Of a stretch of 64,000 nucleotides of DNA, positions 49,652-60,482 are shown in pieces (positions within the stretch are counted from its first letter, which is position 1; every line of letters starts with the position of its first letter). Both the position numbers and the translations under genes were made by a program. A model generated the notes under the pieces. It was not told where the DNA came from. It saw only the letters and a program-made list of their open reading frames with translations, and searched no databases. Origin of the DNA: Alphaproteobacteria bacterium (lineage in GTDB: Bacteria > Pseudomonadota > Alphaproteobacteria > SMXQ01); the NCBI GenBank assembly GCA_004356985.1, contig SMXQ01000148.1, forward strand, positions 5,973-69,972, read 5' to 3'.

Positions 49652-49912
49652 TCAACCGGTTTCGACGGGCTTCGTCCCTTCGGGTCCCGCCGGTCCAAGG
49701 GAAATCTTTTCGACCTTGGCTTTGGCCTCGCTCAGTTTCTTCTCGCAATGGGCCTTGAGTTTGGCGCCGCGTTCATAGGCGCCAATCGCCTGATCGAGCT
49801 TGATGTTGCCGTCCTCAAGCCGTTTCACGATGTCCCCCAGTTCATCGAGGGCATCTTCAAAGCTCATTTTTCCGACATCGCTGTCGGTCTTGGAATCCGC
49901 CGCTTTCGCCAT
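49652..49912 (-). CDS. xseB: exodeoxyribonuclease VII small subunit
   Basis: SFEDALDELGDIVKRLEDGNIKLDQAIGAYERGAKL typical XseB. Confidence 0.8.
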   Translation of the reverse strand: MAKAADSKTDSDVGKMSFEDALDELGDIVKRLEDGNIKLDQAIGAYERGAKLKAHCEKKLSEAKAKVEKISLGPAGPEGTKPVETG

Positions 49913-50008
49913 TCCGGCCTCGTTGCTCGATGTCGCTGACCCGGCGTGCCCTCGCCCAAGGCTAGTGTAGGTGCGCCAAACGGGAAGGGCAAGCGGCCAA
50001 CGCGCCGA

Positions 50009-50944
50009 TCATTGCCGGGCCAAGGCCTCGACATGGGCGACCGCCGAGGCGGCCAGTGCGTCAAGGTCATAGCCCCCTTCCAGGGTGGAGACCAGGCGGC
50101 CGGCGCAGCGGCTCTCGGCGATGGCGCGGATTTCCCCGGTCACCCAGGCGAAATCGGCCTCCACGAGATTGATATCGGCCAGGGGGTCCTTGCGGTGGGC
50201 ATCGAAGCCGGCCGAGATCAAGATCAGTTCGGGCGCGAATTGTTCCAGGGCCGGCAGCAGACGCTCGCCCCAGGCGGCGCGGAATTCGGCGCTTCCCGAC
50301 CCCGGCGCCAAGGGCGCGTTCAATATGTGATCGCTGTCGTGCCGGCCCGAGCCGGTTCCCGGGTAATGGGGAAACTGATGGGAGGAGGCGAAGAAAAGGC
50401 CGTCGTCGTCGCGGAATGCCGCTTCGGTTCCATTGCCGTGGTGGACATCGAAATCGACCACCGCGATGCGCCCAAGGCCGTGCTTCTTGCGCGCGTGCAG
50501 GGCGCCGATGGCGACGTTGTTGAACAGGCAGAACCCCATGGCGCGGTTGGGCTCGGCATGATGGCCGGGCGGGCGGACGGCGGCGAAGGCGTTTCGCGCG
50601 GCGCCGCCGAGAACCGCATCGACCGCCGCCGTGACCGCGCCCGCGGCGCGCCTGGCCGCGTTGCCCGTCGCCGGGCTGAGACCGGTATCGGGATCGAGAT
50701 AGGCGGTTCCCGATTGGGGCACCGCCTGCAAAACGCGATCCACGTGTTCCGCGCCGTGCACCAGAATCAAGGTGTCGCGTTCAGCCTTTGGGGCCTCGAC
50801 CCAGGTGATGGCGCCGGGCACGGCGGTCTCCGCCTCCCAGCGTTCAAGGCCGCCAAGCACCGCCTTAAGCCGGGCGGGCGCCTCGGGATGCCCGCTTCCG
50901 GGGTCGTGATCGATGCAAGCCGGGTGGGTAATAATCAGCGTGGT
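50009..50944 (-). CDS. histone deacetylase-family (arginase/deacetylase fold) protein; GTG start assumed (track lists TTG at 51004)
   Basis: MTTLIITHPACIDH…, zinc ligands in VVDFDVHHGNGT and SAGFDAH. Confidence 0.7.
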   Translation of the reverse strand, partial: TTLIITHPACIDHDPGSGHPEAPARLKAVLGGLERWEAETAVPGAITWVEAPKAERDTLILVHGAEHVDRVLQAVPQSGTAYLDPDTGLSPATGNAARRAAGAVTAAVDAVLGGAARNAFAAVRPPGHHAEPNRAMGFCLFNNVAIGALHARKKHGLGRIAVVDFDVHHGNGTEAAFRDDDGLFFASSHQFPHYPGTGSGRHDSDHILNAPLAPGSGSAEFRAAWGERLLPALEQFAPELILISAGFDAHRKDPLADINLVEADFAWVTGEIRAIAESRCAGRLVSTLEGGYDLDALAASAVAHVEALARQ

Positions 50945-51222
50945 CACGTCGGCATTCCCTAGATAACCACGGTCTCGGCCCGTGGCTCCTTCATTTAGCC
51001 TCAATTGAATGGCACAAGTTTAGAGAGGACAAGGGCAAACTGGCCGGGGGAGCATAAAATCCATGGAATTCTGCGCCGGACCCGCGGCGCCGGCCCAGGT
51101 TAAGCATTGCGATTGACTTACGCCCAAATGTACCGCAAAAAGCCGGGAGACAGCGCGAAAGCGACGGGAATCACGGCATCCGTCCGTGAAATGATAACCT
51201 TGGCCCCGCGTGCCATAGAGTC

Positions 51223-52470
51223 GTGGATAGCCGGGACACCGCCTTCCTGGGAGGCAACGAGGAACCCGTGTTGAAAAAATGGCTGTTTATTTCCGGGGTT
51301 TTGGCCGCGGGCCTATTGGTGGTGGGCCTGATCGGCGTAATGGCGCCCGGCGTGCTGGAAGGCGTCTACGCCCAGGACAAGAAACCCGCGGCATCCAGCG
51401 GCGGTGGTGAAACCAAGAAGAAAAAAAGGCGCCGCGGGCGGCGGATTTTGGTTCACGTCGACACGGTCCGGATCGAGCCGATGCTGCAGACCATGCCGGT
51501 CATCGGCCGCATGGTGGCGGTCCGTGCCGGCGCCGTTGCCGCGCGCATCAACGCACCGGTCGCCGAAATGAAGGTCGATGTCGGCGATCGGGTGCAAAAG
51601 GGCGATATCCTGGCCATCCTGGTCAACGAAATATTCAAGTGGGACCGGCAAGAAAAGGCCGCCCAGGTCACCGAGTCCCAGGCCAAGATCGCCACCGCCA
51701 AGGCGCGCCTGGCCCTCTCGCGCCAGGGGCTTAAGCGGATTTCCGACCTCAGGACTTCGGCGGCCTATTCCAAGGCCCGGTTCGAGGACAAGCGCCTCGA
51801 GGTGACGCGCTACCGGGCCGAGTTGGCCGAAACCAGGGCCCAATTGCTGCGCGCCCGGGCCAGTCTCCGTTTGGCCGAGACCGAACTGCGTTATACCTTG
51901 ATCCGCGCGCCCTATAGCGGCGCCATCACCAGGCGGCACACCGAAGCCGGCGCCTTCGTCAAGGAAGGCCAGACCGTTTACACCATGATATCCGACCGCG
52001 ACATGGAGGTCGAAGCCGACGTCCCGGCGCGGCGCATCGCCGGCCTTACGGCGGGAAAGAAAGTGACCTTCGAACTGGTCCGGGGACAGAGGATCGAGGC
52101 GTCGGTCCGCGCCGTGGTGCCCGAGGAAAATGTTCGCACCCACACCCGCATGGTGCGCTTCAAGCCCAACTTCAAAATTCGCCCGGAGAATCTCGCGGCC
52201 AACCAATCGGCGACCGTCTACCTGCCCATCGGCAAGAGCCGCACGGTGCTGTCCATGCATAAAGACGCACTGGTCAGTTCGCGCGGGGTGCCCACCGTGT
52301 TCGTGATCCGGAACCGGCGCGCCTACGCCCGGCAGATCGAGATCGGTGACGGCATCGGCGGGCGCTTCGTGGTGCTCTCGGGGCTCAAGGAGGGCGAACA
52401 GGTGGTGGTCCTGGGCAATGAACGCTTGAAGGACGGGAAACGGGTCCGGATCAGCGGGGTCTCCGATTGA
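51223..52470 (+). CDS. RND efflux periplasmic adaptor (membrane fusion protein); precise start uncertain
   Basis: N-terminal TM anchor, coiled-coil hairpin, β-barrel domains; ATGA-coupled to RND pump. Confidence 0.75.
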   Translation: MDSRDTAFLGGNEEPVLKKWLFISGVLAAGLLVVGLIGVMAPGVLEGVYAQDKKPAASSGGGETKKKKRRRGRRILVHVDTVRIEPMLQTMPVIGRMVAVRAGAVAARINAPVAEMKVDVGDRVQKGDILAILVNEIFKWDRQEKAAQVTESQAKIATAKARLALSRQGLKRISDLRTSAAYSKARFEDKRLEVTRYRAELAETRAQLLRARASLRLAETELRYTLIRAPYSGAITRRHTEAGAFVKEGQTVYTMISDRDMEVEADVPARRIAGLTAGKKVTFELVRGQRIEASVRAVVPEENVRTHTRMVRFKPNFKIRPENLAANQSATVYLPIGKSRTVLSMHKDALVSSRGVPTVFVIRNRRAYARQIEIGDGIGGRFVVLSGLKEGEQVVVLGNERLKDGKRVRISGVSD

Positions 52471-55400
52471 ATGCGCTGATCGAGATTTCCCTCAAGCGGC
52501 CCATGGCGGTCATGGCCGGGGTGCTGATGATCGTCGCCTTCGGGCTGGTATCGCTGCAAACCATACCGATCCAGTTGACGCCCGATGTCCGCCGGCCGGT
52601 GATCGATATCCGCACCAATTGGCGCGGCGAGGCGCCGGTCGACGTTGAACGCGAGGTGACCAACCGTCTCGAGGAAGAGCTGGGCGGGATCGAGGGCGTG
52701 GTGGAACTCACCAGCCGGTCTCGGTTCGGGCAATCGCGTATCCGGCTCGAATTCGAAGTCGGCTACGACCTCGACAAGGGGATGCTACTGATCAACAACC
52801 GGCTTTCGGGGGTCGACGATCTTCCTCGGGAAGCCGACGAGCCGCGCATGGATTCCCGGGGCTCCGAGGACATCCCCATCGCCTATTTCGCGCTCCGGCG
52901 CAAACCCGGCAACACCCGCGAAATGGAAACCTATGGCGATCTCATCGAGGATGTCATCGTCGACCGCATCGAGCGCGTCTCCGGGGTGTCCGGCGCCGGC
53001 TTCCGGGGCGGATCACGGCGCGAGTTGCGCATCGTGGTGGACCCCGAGAAGATGGCGTATTACCGGCTGACCATCCCCGATATCCTCAAGAAGATGCGCG
53101 ACGCCAGCGCCTCGCTGTCGGCGGGCGAGGTCGAGGAGGGGAAACGCCGCTACCTGGTCCGCACCGAAGGCGAGATCCGCACCGTCCGCCAGGCCAAGGC
53201 CGTGGTTCTGATCCGCGAACAGGACAACAATTCGGGCCGGGTCGGGCGGGTCACCGTCGGCGACATCGCCGACGTCGTGTACGGCTATAAGGATCGCACC
53301 AGTTACCGGCGCTATCTGGGTGAAGACGTGATCACCCTTCAGGCGTTCCGCGACAGCGGCGCCAACGTGATCAAGACCATGGACGCCATCCGCGCCGTGA
53401 TCGACGACCTCAATGAAAACGCCCTTGCCCGCGAGAATCTCTACATCACCTGGATCTATGACGAGACCGTCTATATTAAATCGGCGCTCGCCCTGGTGAC
53501 CCAGAACATTTGGTTGGGCGGCATCCTCGCGGCATTGATCCTGATGCTCTTCCTGCGCTCATGGCGGCCGACACTGGTGGTGATGTTGGCCATCCCCGTG
53601 TCGATCATCGGCGCCTTCGTCGCCATGGCGATGCTGGGACGGTCCATCAACGTGATCTCCCTGGCCGGCATTGCCTTCGCCGTCGGCATGGTGGTGGATG
53701 CCGCCATCGTCGTGCTGGAAAACATCTACCGCCACCGGGAGCTCGGCAAATCGCCCCTGGCCGCCGCCCTGGAAGGGACCAAGGAAGTTTGGCCGGCGGT
53801 GTTCGCCTCGGCGCTCACCACCGTCGTGGTGTTCGCGCCGATCCTGATGCTGAAGCTTCAAGTGGGCCAGTTGTTCCGCGATATCGCCGTGGCGCTGTCG
53901 GTCGCCGTGATGCTGTCGTTGATCGTCTCGGTGACGGTGATCCCGACCTTGTCGAGGAAACTGCTGACCAAGGTCGGCAAAGGCGGCGCGGGCCGTTTTG
54001 CAATCCCCGGGGTCGACCATTTCGCCCGATGGTTCGTCCGGGTGATCATGGGCTTCACCGGGATCGTCGTGCGTTCCAAACTCGCCGCCTTCGCGGTGGT
54101 CTGTACCGTGGTCGGCGGGACCGCCCTGTTCACGGCCTTCGCCATGCCGCCCTTGGATTTCCTGCCCGACGGCAACAAGAATTTCGTCTGGGGCCACATC
54201 ACGCCGCCTCCAGGCTACAACCTGAAGACCATGAAACGGGTCGCCGAGGAGATCGAAAAGGGCGTCAAGCCGTATTGGGCGAGCCTTACCGGCCCCGAAT
54301 CGAAGCCCGGCGAGCCCCCCAAGATCAAGCATTTCTTCTTCGTGGCCCGTTCCGACCGGGCCTATGTCGGGGCCAGTGCCGTGGACCCCGCCCGGGCCGG
54401 CGAATTGGAGGACTTGATCGAAAAGCCGGTCCTCAAGGAGCCCGGCACCCGCGCCTCCATCCGCCAGTCCTCGATTTTTTCCCGGGGCATCGGCGGTTCA
54501 CGTTCCATCCGTTTCGATATCTCGGGCCCCGATCTTGAAGTCAATATCGACGTCGCCCGGCGCGCCGATGAGATCATCCGAGAGGTGCTGCCGCGGAGCG
54601 AAGGCCACCGCGTGCGCCCACGCCCGGGCCTGGAGATGGGCGCGCCGGAGATCAGAATCATTCCCGATCAATCGCGGCTGGCCGATGCCGGGCTCTCGGC
54701 ACGCGACTTCGCCCAGACCATCGACGCCTTCAACGACGGCATCCGCATCGCCGAGATCACCATCGGCAACCGCCGCATCGACTTGTCGCTGGCGGGTCCT
54801 AAGAATATGGTGACCGAGACCCAGGGCATCGGCAACCTGCCGGTGGTGACGCGCGACGGGCGCATCGTTCCCGCCTCCTCCCTGGCCGAAATCAAGATCA
54901 CGGCGGGGCCGACCCAGGTCTGGCATCTCGAGCGGATCCGCTACGTGACCTTGCAGATCCGGCCCTCCAAGCTGATCCCGCTGGAAACCACCATTGAGCG
55001 CCTGCGTAAAGAGGTGCTCGAACCGATGCGGGCCGAAGGCCTCCCCGATGGCGTGAAAATCCGCCTGTCGGGCGCCGCCGACAACCTGACCAAGACGTGG
55101 AATGCCCTGAAGTTCGACATGTTGGTCGCTCTCGCCATCGTCTTTTTGGTGATGGCGGTGATCCTCGAAAGCTTCCTCTACCCCTTGATCATCATGTTGT
55201 CGGTGCCCCTGGCGACCGCCGGCGGCATGCTTGGGTTATGGGTCCTGAACACCGTGGTGCTGCCCGCCACCGACCGCCAGCCCTTGGACATGCTGACCAT
55301 CCTCGGTTTCATCATTCTCATCGGCACGGTGGTGAACAACGCCATCCTTTTGGTCACCTACACCGTGCAGAATGTTCGCGCCCGCGGCATGACGCCGGAA

Positions 55401-55676
55401 CAGGCGATCCTGAATTCGACCAAGACCCGCATCCGGCCGGTCTTCATGTCGACGCTGACCACGGTGTTCGGCATGCTGCCCCTGGTGGTGGCGCCGGGCG
55501 CCGGGTCGGAGCTCTACCGCGGCCTGGGCGCCGTGGTGATCGGCGGGCTGGCGCTCTCGGCCTTGCTGACCCTGATGATCATTCCACCCCTGCTTTCGCT
55601 TCTGTCCTGGAAACTCAGGACCGAAGGCAAGCGATCCGAAGAGGCCGGGGAAACCGCCGTGCAACCGGCGCAATAA
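52467..55676 (+). CDS. RND efflux permease (AcrB/HAE1 family)
   Basis: 1069 aa, 12 TM with two large periplasmic loops. Confidence 0.9.
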   Translation: MNALIEISLKRPMAVMAGVLMIVAFGLVSLQTIPIQLTPDVRRPVIDIRTNWRGEAPVDVEREVTNRLEEELGGIEGVVELTSRSRFGQSRIRLEFEVGYDLDKGMLLINNRLSGVDDLPREADEPRMDSRGSEDIPIAYFALRRKPGNTREMETYGDLIEDVIVDRIERVSGVSGAGFRGGSRRELRIVVDPEKMAYYRLTIPDILKKMRDASASLSAGEVEEGKRRYLVRTEGEIRTVRQAKAVVLIREQDNNSGRVGRVTVGDIADVVYGYKDRTSYRRYLGEDVITLQAFRDSGANVIKTMDAIRAVIDDLNENALARENLYITWIYDETVYIKSALALVTQNIWLGGILAALILMLFLRSWRPTLVVMLAIPVSIIGAFVAMAMLGRSINVISLAGIAFAVGMVVDAAIVVLENIYRHRELGKSPLAAALEGTKEVWPAVFASALTTVVVFAPILMLKLQVGQLFRDIAVALSVAVMLSLIVSVTVIPTLSRKLLTKVGKGGAGRFAIPGVDHFARWFVRVIMGFTGIVVRSKLAAFAVVCTVVGGTALFTAFAMPPLDFLPDGNKNFVWGHITPPPGYNLKTMKRVAEEIEKGVKPYWASLTGPESKPGEPPKIKHFFFVARSDRAYVGASAVDPARAGELEDLIEKPVLKEPGTRASIRQSSIFSRGIGGSRSIRFDISGPDLEVNIDVARRADEIIREVLPRSEGHRVRPRPGLEMGAPEIRIIPDQSRLADAGLSARDFAQTIDAFNDGIRIAEITIGNRRIDLSLAGPKNMVTETQGIGNLPVVTRDGRIVPASSLAEIKITAGPTQVWHLERIRYVTLQIRPSKLIPLETTIERLRKEVLEPMRAEGLPDGVKIRLSGAADNLTKTWNALKFDMLVALAIVFLVMAVILESFLYPLIIMLSVPLATAGGMLGLWVLNTVVLPATDRQPLDMLTILGFIILIGTVVNNAILLVTYTVQNVRARGMTPEQAILNSTKTRIRPVFMSTLTTVFGMLPLVVAPGAGSELYRGLGAVVIGGLALSALLTLMIIPPLLSLLSWKLRTEGKRSEEAGETAVQPAQ

Positions 55677-55738
55677 CGCTCCGGTCCATAGGCCCCGGCC
55701 CGCCTTGCGCCGGCGGCCGGTTGCTATAAACTTGGGCC

Positions 55739-56527
55739 ATGCCGAAAAGCACTTCCAACGGCGTCGATATCTGGTACGAGGTCACGGGGGACGGCCCGGC
55801 CCTGGTGCTGATCCACGCCAATCCCTTCGATCACGATCTTTGGCTCTACCAGGCCGCCCATTTCTCCACTTGGTTCAAGGTGGTCAGCGTGGATATCCGG
55901 GGCTACGGGCGCTCGGCCAAGATCACCACGGCGTATACCGAACGGGACATGTGCGACGACGTCATGGGGGTGCTGGGCGACCTCGGCATCGAACGCGCCG
56001 TGCTGGGCGGCTGTTCGGTGGGCTCGGGCATGGCCATTCACCTCGGCCTCGACCATCCCGAAGCGTTCACCGCCCTGGTGCTGGTGGGCGGAAATTCCGG
56101 GGTGTCGGAGCGCTACATGCAGCGCGTGGAGGGCTACACCTCGGACCTCGAGAACTACCACATCAAGCACCTGAAATTACTGGTGGCCGAAGACTTCCCC
56201 GGGACCAAGCTCGGCGCCTATATCCTCAACCTATGGGTGGAGCGCGAGCCGCGCCTCGACGGCGAGGCCATCGCCCAGGTCTTCCATGCCGGCAACGGCA
56301 CCGACACCACCGGGCGGCTCGGCGACATGAAAATGCCGGTTCTGGTGATCAACGGCGAATTCGATCATTCCCTGCCGGCCGGACGGAAAACCGCGGAACT
56401 GGTGCCCGACGGGACCCACAAGATCCTGCCCGGCACCGGCCACGCGTGCTGCATCGAGGACCCGGCCGGGTTCGATGCCCTGATGATGGACTTCCTCACC
56501 CGGAAAGGCCTGATGCCGAACCTCTGA
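55739..56527 (+). CDS. alpha/beta hydrolase
   Basis: LVLIHANPFDHDLW…, nucleophile GGCSVGSGMA, His in GTGHACCIEDP. Confidence 0.7.
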   Translation: MPKSTSNGVDIWYEVTGDGPALVLIHANPFDHDLWLYQAAHFSTWFKVVSVDIRGYGRSAKITTAYTERDMCDDVMGVLGDLGIERAVLGGCSVGSGMAIHLGLDHPEAFTALVLVGGNSGVSERYMQRVEGYTSDLENYHIKHLKLLVAEDFPGTKLGAYILNLWVEREPRLDGEAIAQVFHAGNGTDTTGRLGDMKMPVLVINGEFDHSLPAGRKTAELVPDGTHKILPGTGHACCIEDPAGFDALMMDFLTRKGLMPNL

Positions 56528-56542
56528 GGCGCGCCAGGGCGC

Positions 56543-57079
56543 CTATTCGAAGTATTCGCCTTCCTTGAAGACTAATTCCATTTGATTGTTGTCGGGATGT
56601 TCACCCGGCATGGTGCCGCCGTCGATGTTGAGGCGCTCGGAGCGATCGCCATTGTCGCCGGTGATGCAACCGATCCTGAGCAGGACCAACGGCTCGTCGG
56701 AAGTGGCGTTGAATTTGTAATAGCACCCGGCGGGCAACAGGATGCCGCCATGGGTGCCGACATCGGTTTCTTCGCCATTGGGACCGTAGAACCGGGCCGA
56801 GCCCTGCAGGACCACGAACATGTGGTCCTCGTAAGTATGGGCGTGCAGGCCGTTTTCGCCGCCCGACGCATAGACCTTGAGAACCGTCCACATATTGTCG
56901 GTCTTGCACACCGGAAGATTGGTGCGGCCATTTTTCAACATCTGCGCCTTGAGCTTGAAGGCCACGGGCTTTGTCGCCGTGCCGGTAAGCTCGGGAAAGG
57001 TCCCCTTGAGCTTGAATGGGCCCAATTTGTCGGTGATCTCGGGAATGATTTCAGCTACGGACATGGCATTTTCCTCCAT
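56543..57079 (-). CDS. cupin-domain protein
   Basis: HAHTYEDHMFVVLQGSARFYG…GGILLPAGCYYKF cupin motifs. Confidence 0.6.
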   Translation of the reverse strand: MEENAMSVAEIIPEITDKLGPFKLKGTFPELTGTATKPVAFKLKAQMLKNGRTNLPVCKTDNMWTVLKVYASGGENGLHAHTYEDHMFVVLQGSARFYGPNGEETDVGTHGGILLPAGCYYKFNATSDEPLVLLRIGCITGDNGDRSERLNIDGGTMPGEHPDNNQMELVFKEGEYFE

Positions 57080-57178
57080 GGGTATTCAGGGCTTGATTTA
57101 TTCCTACCATACCACGAACGCGGCCGAAACAACCCGGCCCGGGGGCGGACGCGGCGGGGCCGCCATTGGCAACCGGGC

Positions 57179-58177
57179 TCAACGCTCCACTGCGGCGTCC
57201 ATTTGATCCAATAATTGGAGCACGTCGGCTATTTCCGCCGTCGCCTCCCTACCCTCCATCAAGTATTCGAATACTTCGGCGATGTCGTAGACGCCGAACT
57301 CGGCCTCCACGGCCGCGGCGTAGGTGCGGTTCATGGTGTCGAGCAGCGGATAGTTGCCGCCCAGCGCCGCCGCCAGTTTGGCCATCCGGCCGATCTGGCG
57401 CGACCGGTTGGCCATGCCCCGGTTGGGGACCTCGCCGGCCGCCGCCCGCGCCTTGGATTCCCGGCGCTTGTCGGAATCATAGCCCTCGTAGTCGCGGTCC
57501 ACCATCAACGCGCCGCGGCTTTCGAACATCGCCGAGCTGGCATTGGAGCCGGCGATGGCCTGGAACATGGCGGCGCGGTCGAGGCCGGCGCGGGTGGCCA
57601 ATTCCAAGGCTTCCGCCGCGGCCAGGGTGTGGGTCGCCACCAGGTAGAGGGCCACGAACTTGGCGATCCGCCCGGCGCCAAAGGGCCCCATCCAAGTCAC
57701 CTTGTCGGTGATGTCGCGGAGCACGGTTGCCCAGCGCTCGAACGCGCCGCGGTCGCCGCCGACGAATATGGCGGCGTTGCGGGCCGCGATATAGACCGGA
57801 TTGCCGCTGATGGTGCAATCCACCATGGTGACCCCGGCCGCCTCGGCGGCGTCGCGGACGACCAATTTTTCCTTGAGCGACACGGTCGAAAGCTCGAACA
57901 CGTCAAGCCCGTCGCGCCCCGCGCTGAGGATTCCCTCGGGCCCGGAAAAGACCTCGTGCAGCGCCTCGCGCGACGGGAGGGAGGTCAATACCATGTCGGC
58001 CTTCTCGGTGACGTCCCGGGGCGAGGCGCCCGCCTCACCGCCGGCGGCGATGAATTTTTCCATCATGGTGCGCCGGTAGCCGACCACCCGATAGCCCGTC
58101 CCGAGCAAATTCTGGGCGATGGCGAAACCGAGGTTGCCAATGCCGATCAGGCCGATGGTGGCGGTCATGTTGGCCAT
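57179..58177 (-). CDS. NAD(P)-dependent 3-hydroxyisobutyrate dehydrogenase-family oxidoreductase with ~40-aa C-terminal extension
   Basis: IGLIGIGNLGFAIAQNL Rossmann start; start at MANMTAT. Confidence 0.7.
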   Translation of the reverse strand: MANMTATIGLIGIGNLGFAIAQNLLGTGYRVVGYRRTMMEKFIAAGGEAGASPRDVTEKADMVLTSLPSREALHEVFSGPEGILSAGRDGLDVFELSTVSLKEKLVVRDAAEAAGVTMVDCTISGNPVYIAARNAAIFVGGDRGAFERWATVLRDITDKVTWMGPFGAGRIAKFVALYLVATHTLAAAEALELATRAGLDRAAMFQAIAGSNASSAMFESRGALMVDRDYEGYDSDKRRESKARAAAGEVPNRGMANRSRQIGRMAKLAAALGGNYPLLDTMNRTYAAAVEAEFGVYDIAEVFEYLMEGREATAEIADVLQLLDQMDAAVER

Positions 58178-58324
58178 CCTCTCTGCCGCGCCTTCAAGGA
58201 AGCGCTTTGAAGTCTTCAAGGGCCGGCCGGCCCACCGCCGAAATGGCGCGCCCGGCACCAGATCAGGGGGCCGGGCGGCCAAGTGCCGCGGGACGGCGGG
58301 GGCGCCGGCGCCCCCGCCGTCCGG

Positions 58325-59209
58325 CTATTTCTTCTTACGGTTATATTCGCCGAGCCCCGGACGGTAGGACTTGTCGTCGAGGAACTGAACCATGCCCTTT
58401 TGGCGGCCATTTTCCGGATCCGACCATTTCAGGGCATCGGACTTGGCGTTGAGGTAATCGGCCGCCTGATTCTCGCTCATCTCCCTGACGGCGCGGACCG
58501 CTTCCTTGGTGTAGCGCACCGCCACCGGGTTCTTCCTCATCATCTTCTTGGCGAGCTTGATGGTTTCGGCCTTGAGCCTGGCCTTGGGCACCGATTTGTT
58601 GACGAAGCGCATATTGGCCGCTTCCTTGCCGGTGAAGGTATCGCCGGTGATGGCGTAATACATGGCGTCGCGGAAGCTCAGGGTATTGACCACGTTCCAG
58701 CTGACGATGCCGCCCGGCAGGATGCCCCAGTTGATCTCCGACAAGCCGAAGATCGCGTCATCGGCGGCGATGGCGAGATCGCACGCCGTAACCTGGGTAA
58801 AGGCGCCGCCGAAGCAATACCCGTTGACCATGGCGATGGTCAGCTTGGGAAATCGCGACAGGGTCGTCCAACGCCAGTGATGGGAGGCTTTCTTGGACTT
58901 GTAGCGCAGGGCCGGGTCGCCGGTGGTGCCGCGGAAATAGAGCCGGATGTCCTGGCCCGCGCTGAACGCCTTGCCGGCCCCGGTCAGCACCACCACGTCG
59001 ATGGAATCGTCGATCGCCAGTTCTTCGAGCGCCTCGTTCATGTCCAGGTGCATTTGCGGGCTCATGGCGTTGCGTTTTTCGGGCCGGTTCATGATGACCC
59101 AGGCGATGCGGTCCTTCTTCTCGACCAGGACGGTCTCGAATTTCTTCACCACCGCCTTCGACGATTTGCGGGCGGCGGGCCTCTTTTTGGTAGCGGCGCG
59201 TGTAGCCAT
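58325..59209 (-). CDS. crotonase-fold enoyl-CoA hydratase, hydroxycinnamoyl-CoA hydratase-lyase (HCHL/FerB)-like; Lys-rich N- and C-terminal tails
   Basis: VIMNRPEKRNAMSP, TIAMVNGYCFGG, FGLSEINWGILPG, QKGMVQFLDDKSYRPGL recall HCHL family signatures. Confidence 0.65.
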   Translation of the reverse strand: MATRAATKKRPAARKSSKAVVKKFETVLVEKKDRIAWVIMNRPEKRNAMSPQMHLDMNEALEELAIDDSIDVVVLTGAGKAFSAGQDIRLYFRGTTGDPALRYKSKKASHHWRWTTLSRFPKLTIAMVNGYCFGGAFTQVTACDLAIAADDAIFGLSEINWGILPGGIVSWNVVNTLSFRDAMYYAITGDTFTGKEAANMRFVNKSVPKARLKAETIKLAKKMMRKNPVAVRYTKEAVRAVREMSENQAADYLNAKSDALKWSDPENGRQKGMVQFLDDKSYRPGLGEYNRKKK

Positions 59210-59287
59210 GGTTCAATCCTCCCTTTTCATGCCGTTGTCAGTTTGCACCGAAAATTTCGTGCCTTTCCTGGCACGCAGAATAAAGCA

Positions 59288-60442
59288 TTATCCATAAGTC
59301 CTCAAAATGTTCCGCGCGATCACCATCTTCATGACTTCGCTCGGCCCTTCGGTGATGCGGTTGGAACGCGCCTGGCGCCAGAACCGCTCGATGGGCAAAT
59401 CCGTGGTCAAGCCGATGCCGCCGTGGACCTGCATGCACCGGTCGGCGACCCGAAACACCATTTCGTCGGAATAATACTTGGTGATATAGGATTCCTGGCG
59501 GATGTCCTCGCCGGTGTCGGCCTTGGTTGCGGCATGGTAGACCATCAGCCGCGCGGCATGCAGTTCGACGAAGGAATCGGCGATCATCCACTGGATCGCC
59601 TGGCGGTCGGACAGGGGCTGGCCGAAGGTGACCCGCTGCTTGGCGTAGGACACCATCATCTCGATGCAGCGTTCGGCGACGCCTAAGGCGCGCGCGCCGT
59701 GGCGCAGCCGGCCCGCGCCCAGCCAGCGCTGGCCCAGCTTGAAGCCCTCTCCCTCGGCGCCGACCCGGTGGCTGGCGGGAACCCGAACATTTTCGAAGAC
59801 GATCTCCCACGGCTTGTCGCCCATCATGGTCTGGTACTGGGTGGTCAGGGCGACCCCCGGGGTATCCATATCGACGATGAAACACGATATCCCGCCATGG
59901 GACCCCTTCTCGCGATCGGTCGCCACCATCAACTGGATGAAATCCGCTTCGCCGGCGCCGGTGATGAAACGCTTGACCCCGTTGATTACGTAGTCGTCGC
60001 CCTCGCGCACCGCCGTGGTGCGCATGGAGCCGGGGTCGGAACCGGCATCGGGTTCGGTCTGGGCGAAGCAGGCATGCTTTTCGCCGCGGATCACCGGATA
60101 GAGGTAGCGCTCCTTCATGTCGTCGGAAAGTTCATAGAGGATGGCGCGCACGCTGGGCCCCGTGAAATAGCCGCCGCGGGACGGCAGGGCGGTGGTACGG
60201 GCGATCTGTTCGGTCACCACCACGGTGGCCAGGATACCCATGCCCTGGCCGCCGAACTCCTCGGGCACGTCCATCAGCCAGAGACCAAGTTTCTTGGAAT
60301 CCGTGTCGAATTTCTCCCTGAATTCCGGCTTCAGGGTCACCCCGTCGCAGGTCGTGAGTTCCACGGGGATCATCTCGGCGTCCACGTAGCGCCTGAGCGT
60401 TTCCTTGAGGAGCTGCATTTCTTCCGGCAGTTCGAAACTCAT
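59288..60442 (-). CDS. acyl-CoA dehydrogenase
   Basis: 384 aa; ACAD N/M/C domains, catalytic-base region …ARSNRITEGPSEVM. Confidence 0.85.
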   Translation of the reverse strand: MSFELPEEMQLLKETLRRYVDAEMIPVELTTCDGVTLKPEFREKFDTDSKKLGLWLMDVPEEFGGQGMGILATVVVTEQIARTTALPSRGGYFTGPSVRAILYELSDDMKERYLYPVIRGEKHACFAQTEPDAGSDPGSMRTTAVREGDDYVINGVKRFITGAGEADFIQLMVATDREKGSHGGISCFIVDMDTPGVALTTQYQTMMGDKPWEIVFENVRVPASHRVGAEGEGFKLGQRWLGAGRLRHGARALGVAERCIEMMVSYAKQRVTFGQPLSDRQAIQWMIADSFVELHAARLMVYHAATKADTGEDIRQESYITKYYSDEMVFRVADRCMQVHGGIGLTTDLPIERFWRQARSNRITEGPSEVMKMVIARNILRTYG

Positions 60443-60482
60443 GACGCCTTGTCCCCTGTGAAACTGATTTTATTCGCGCCCC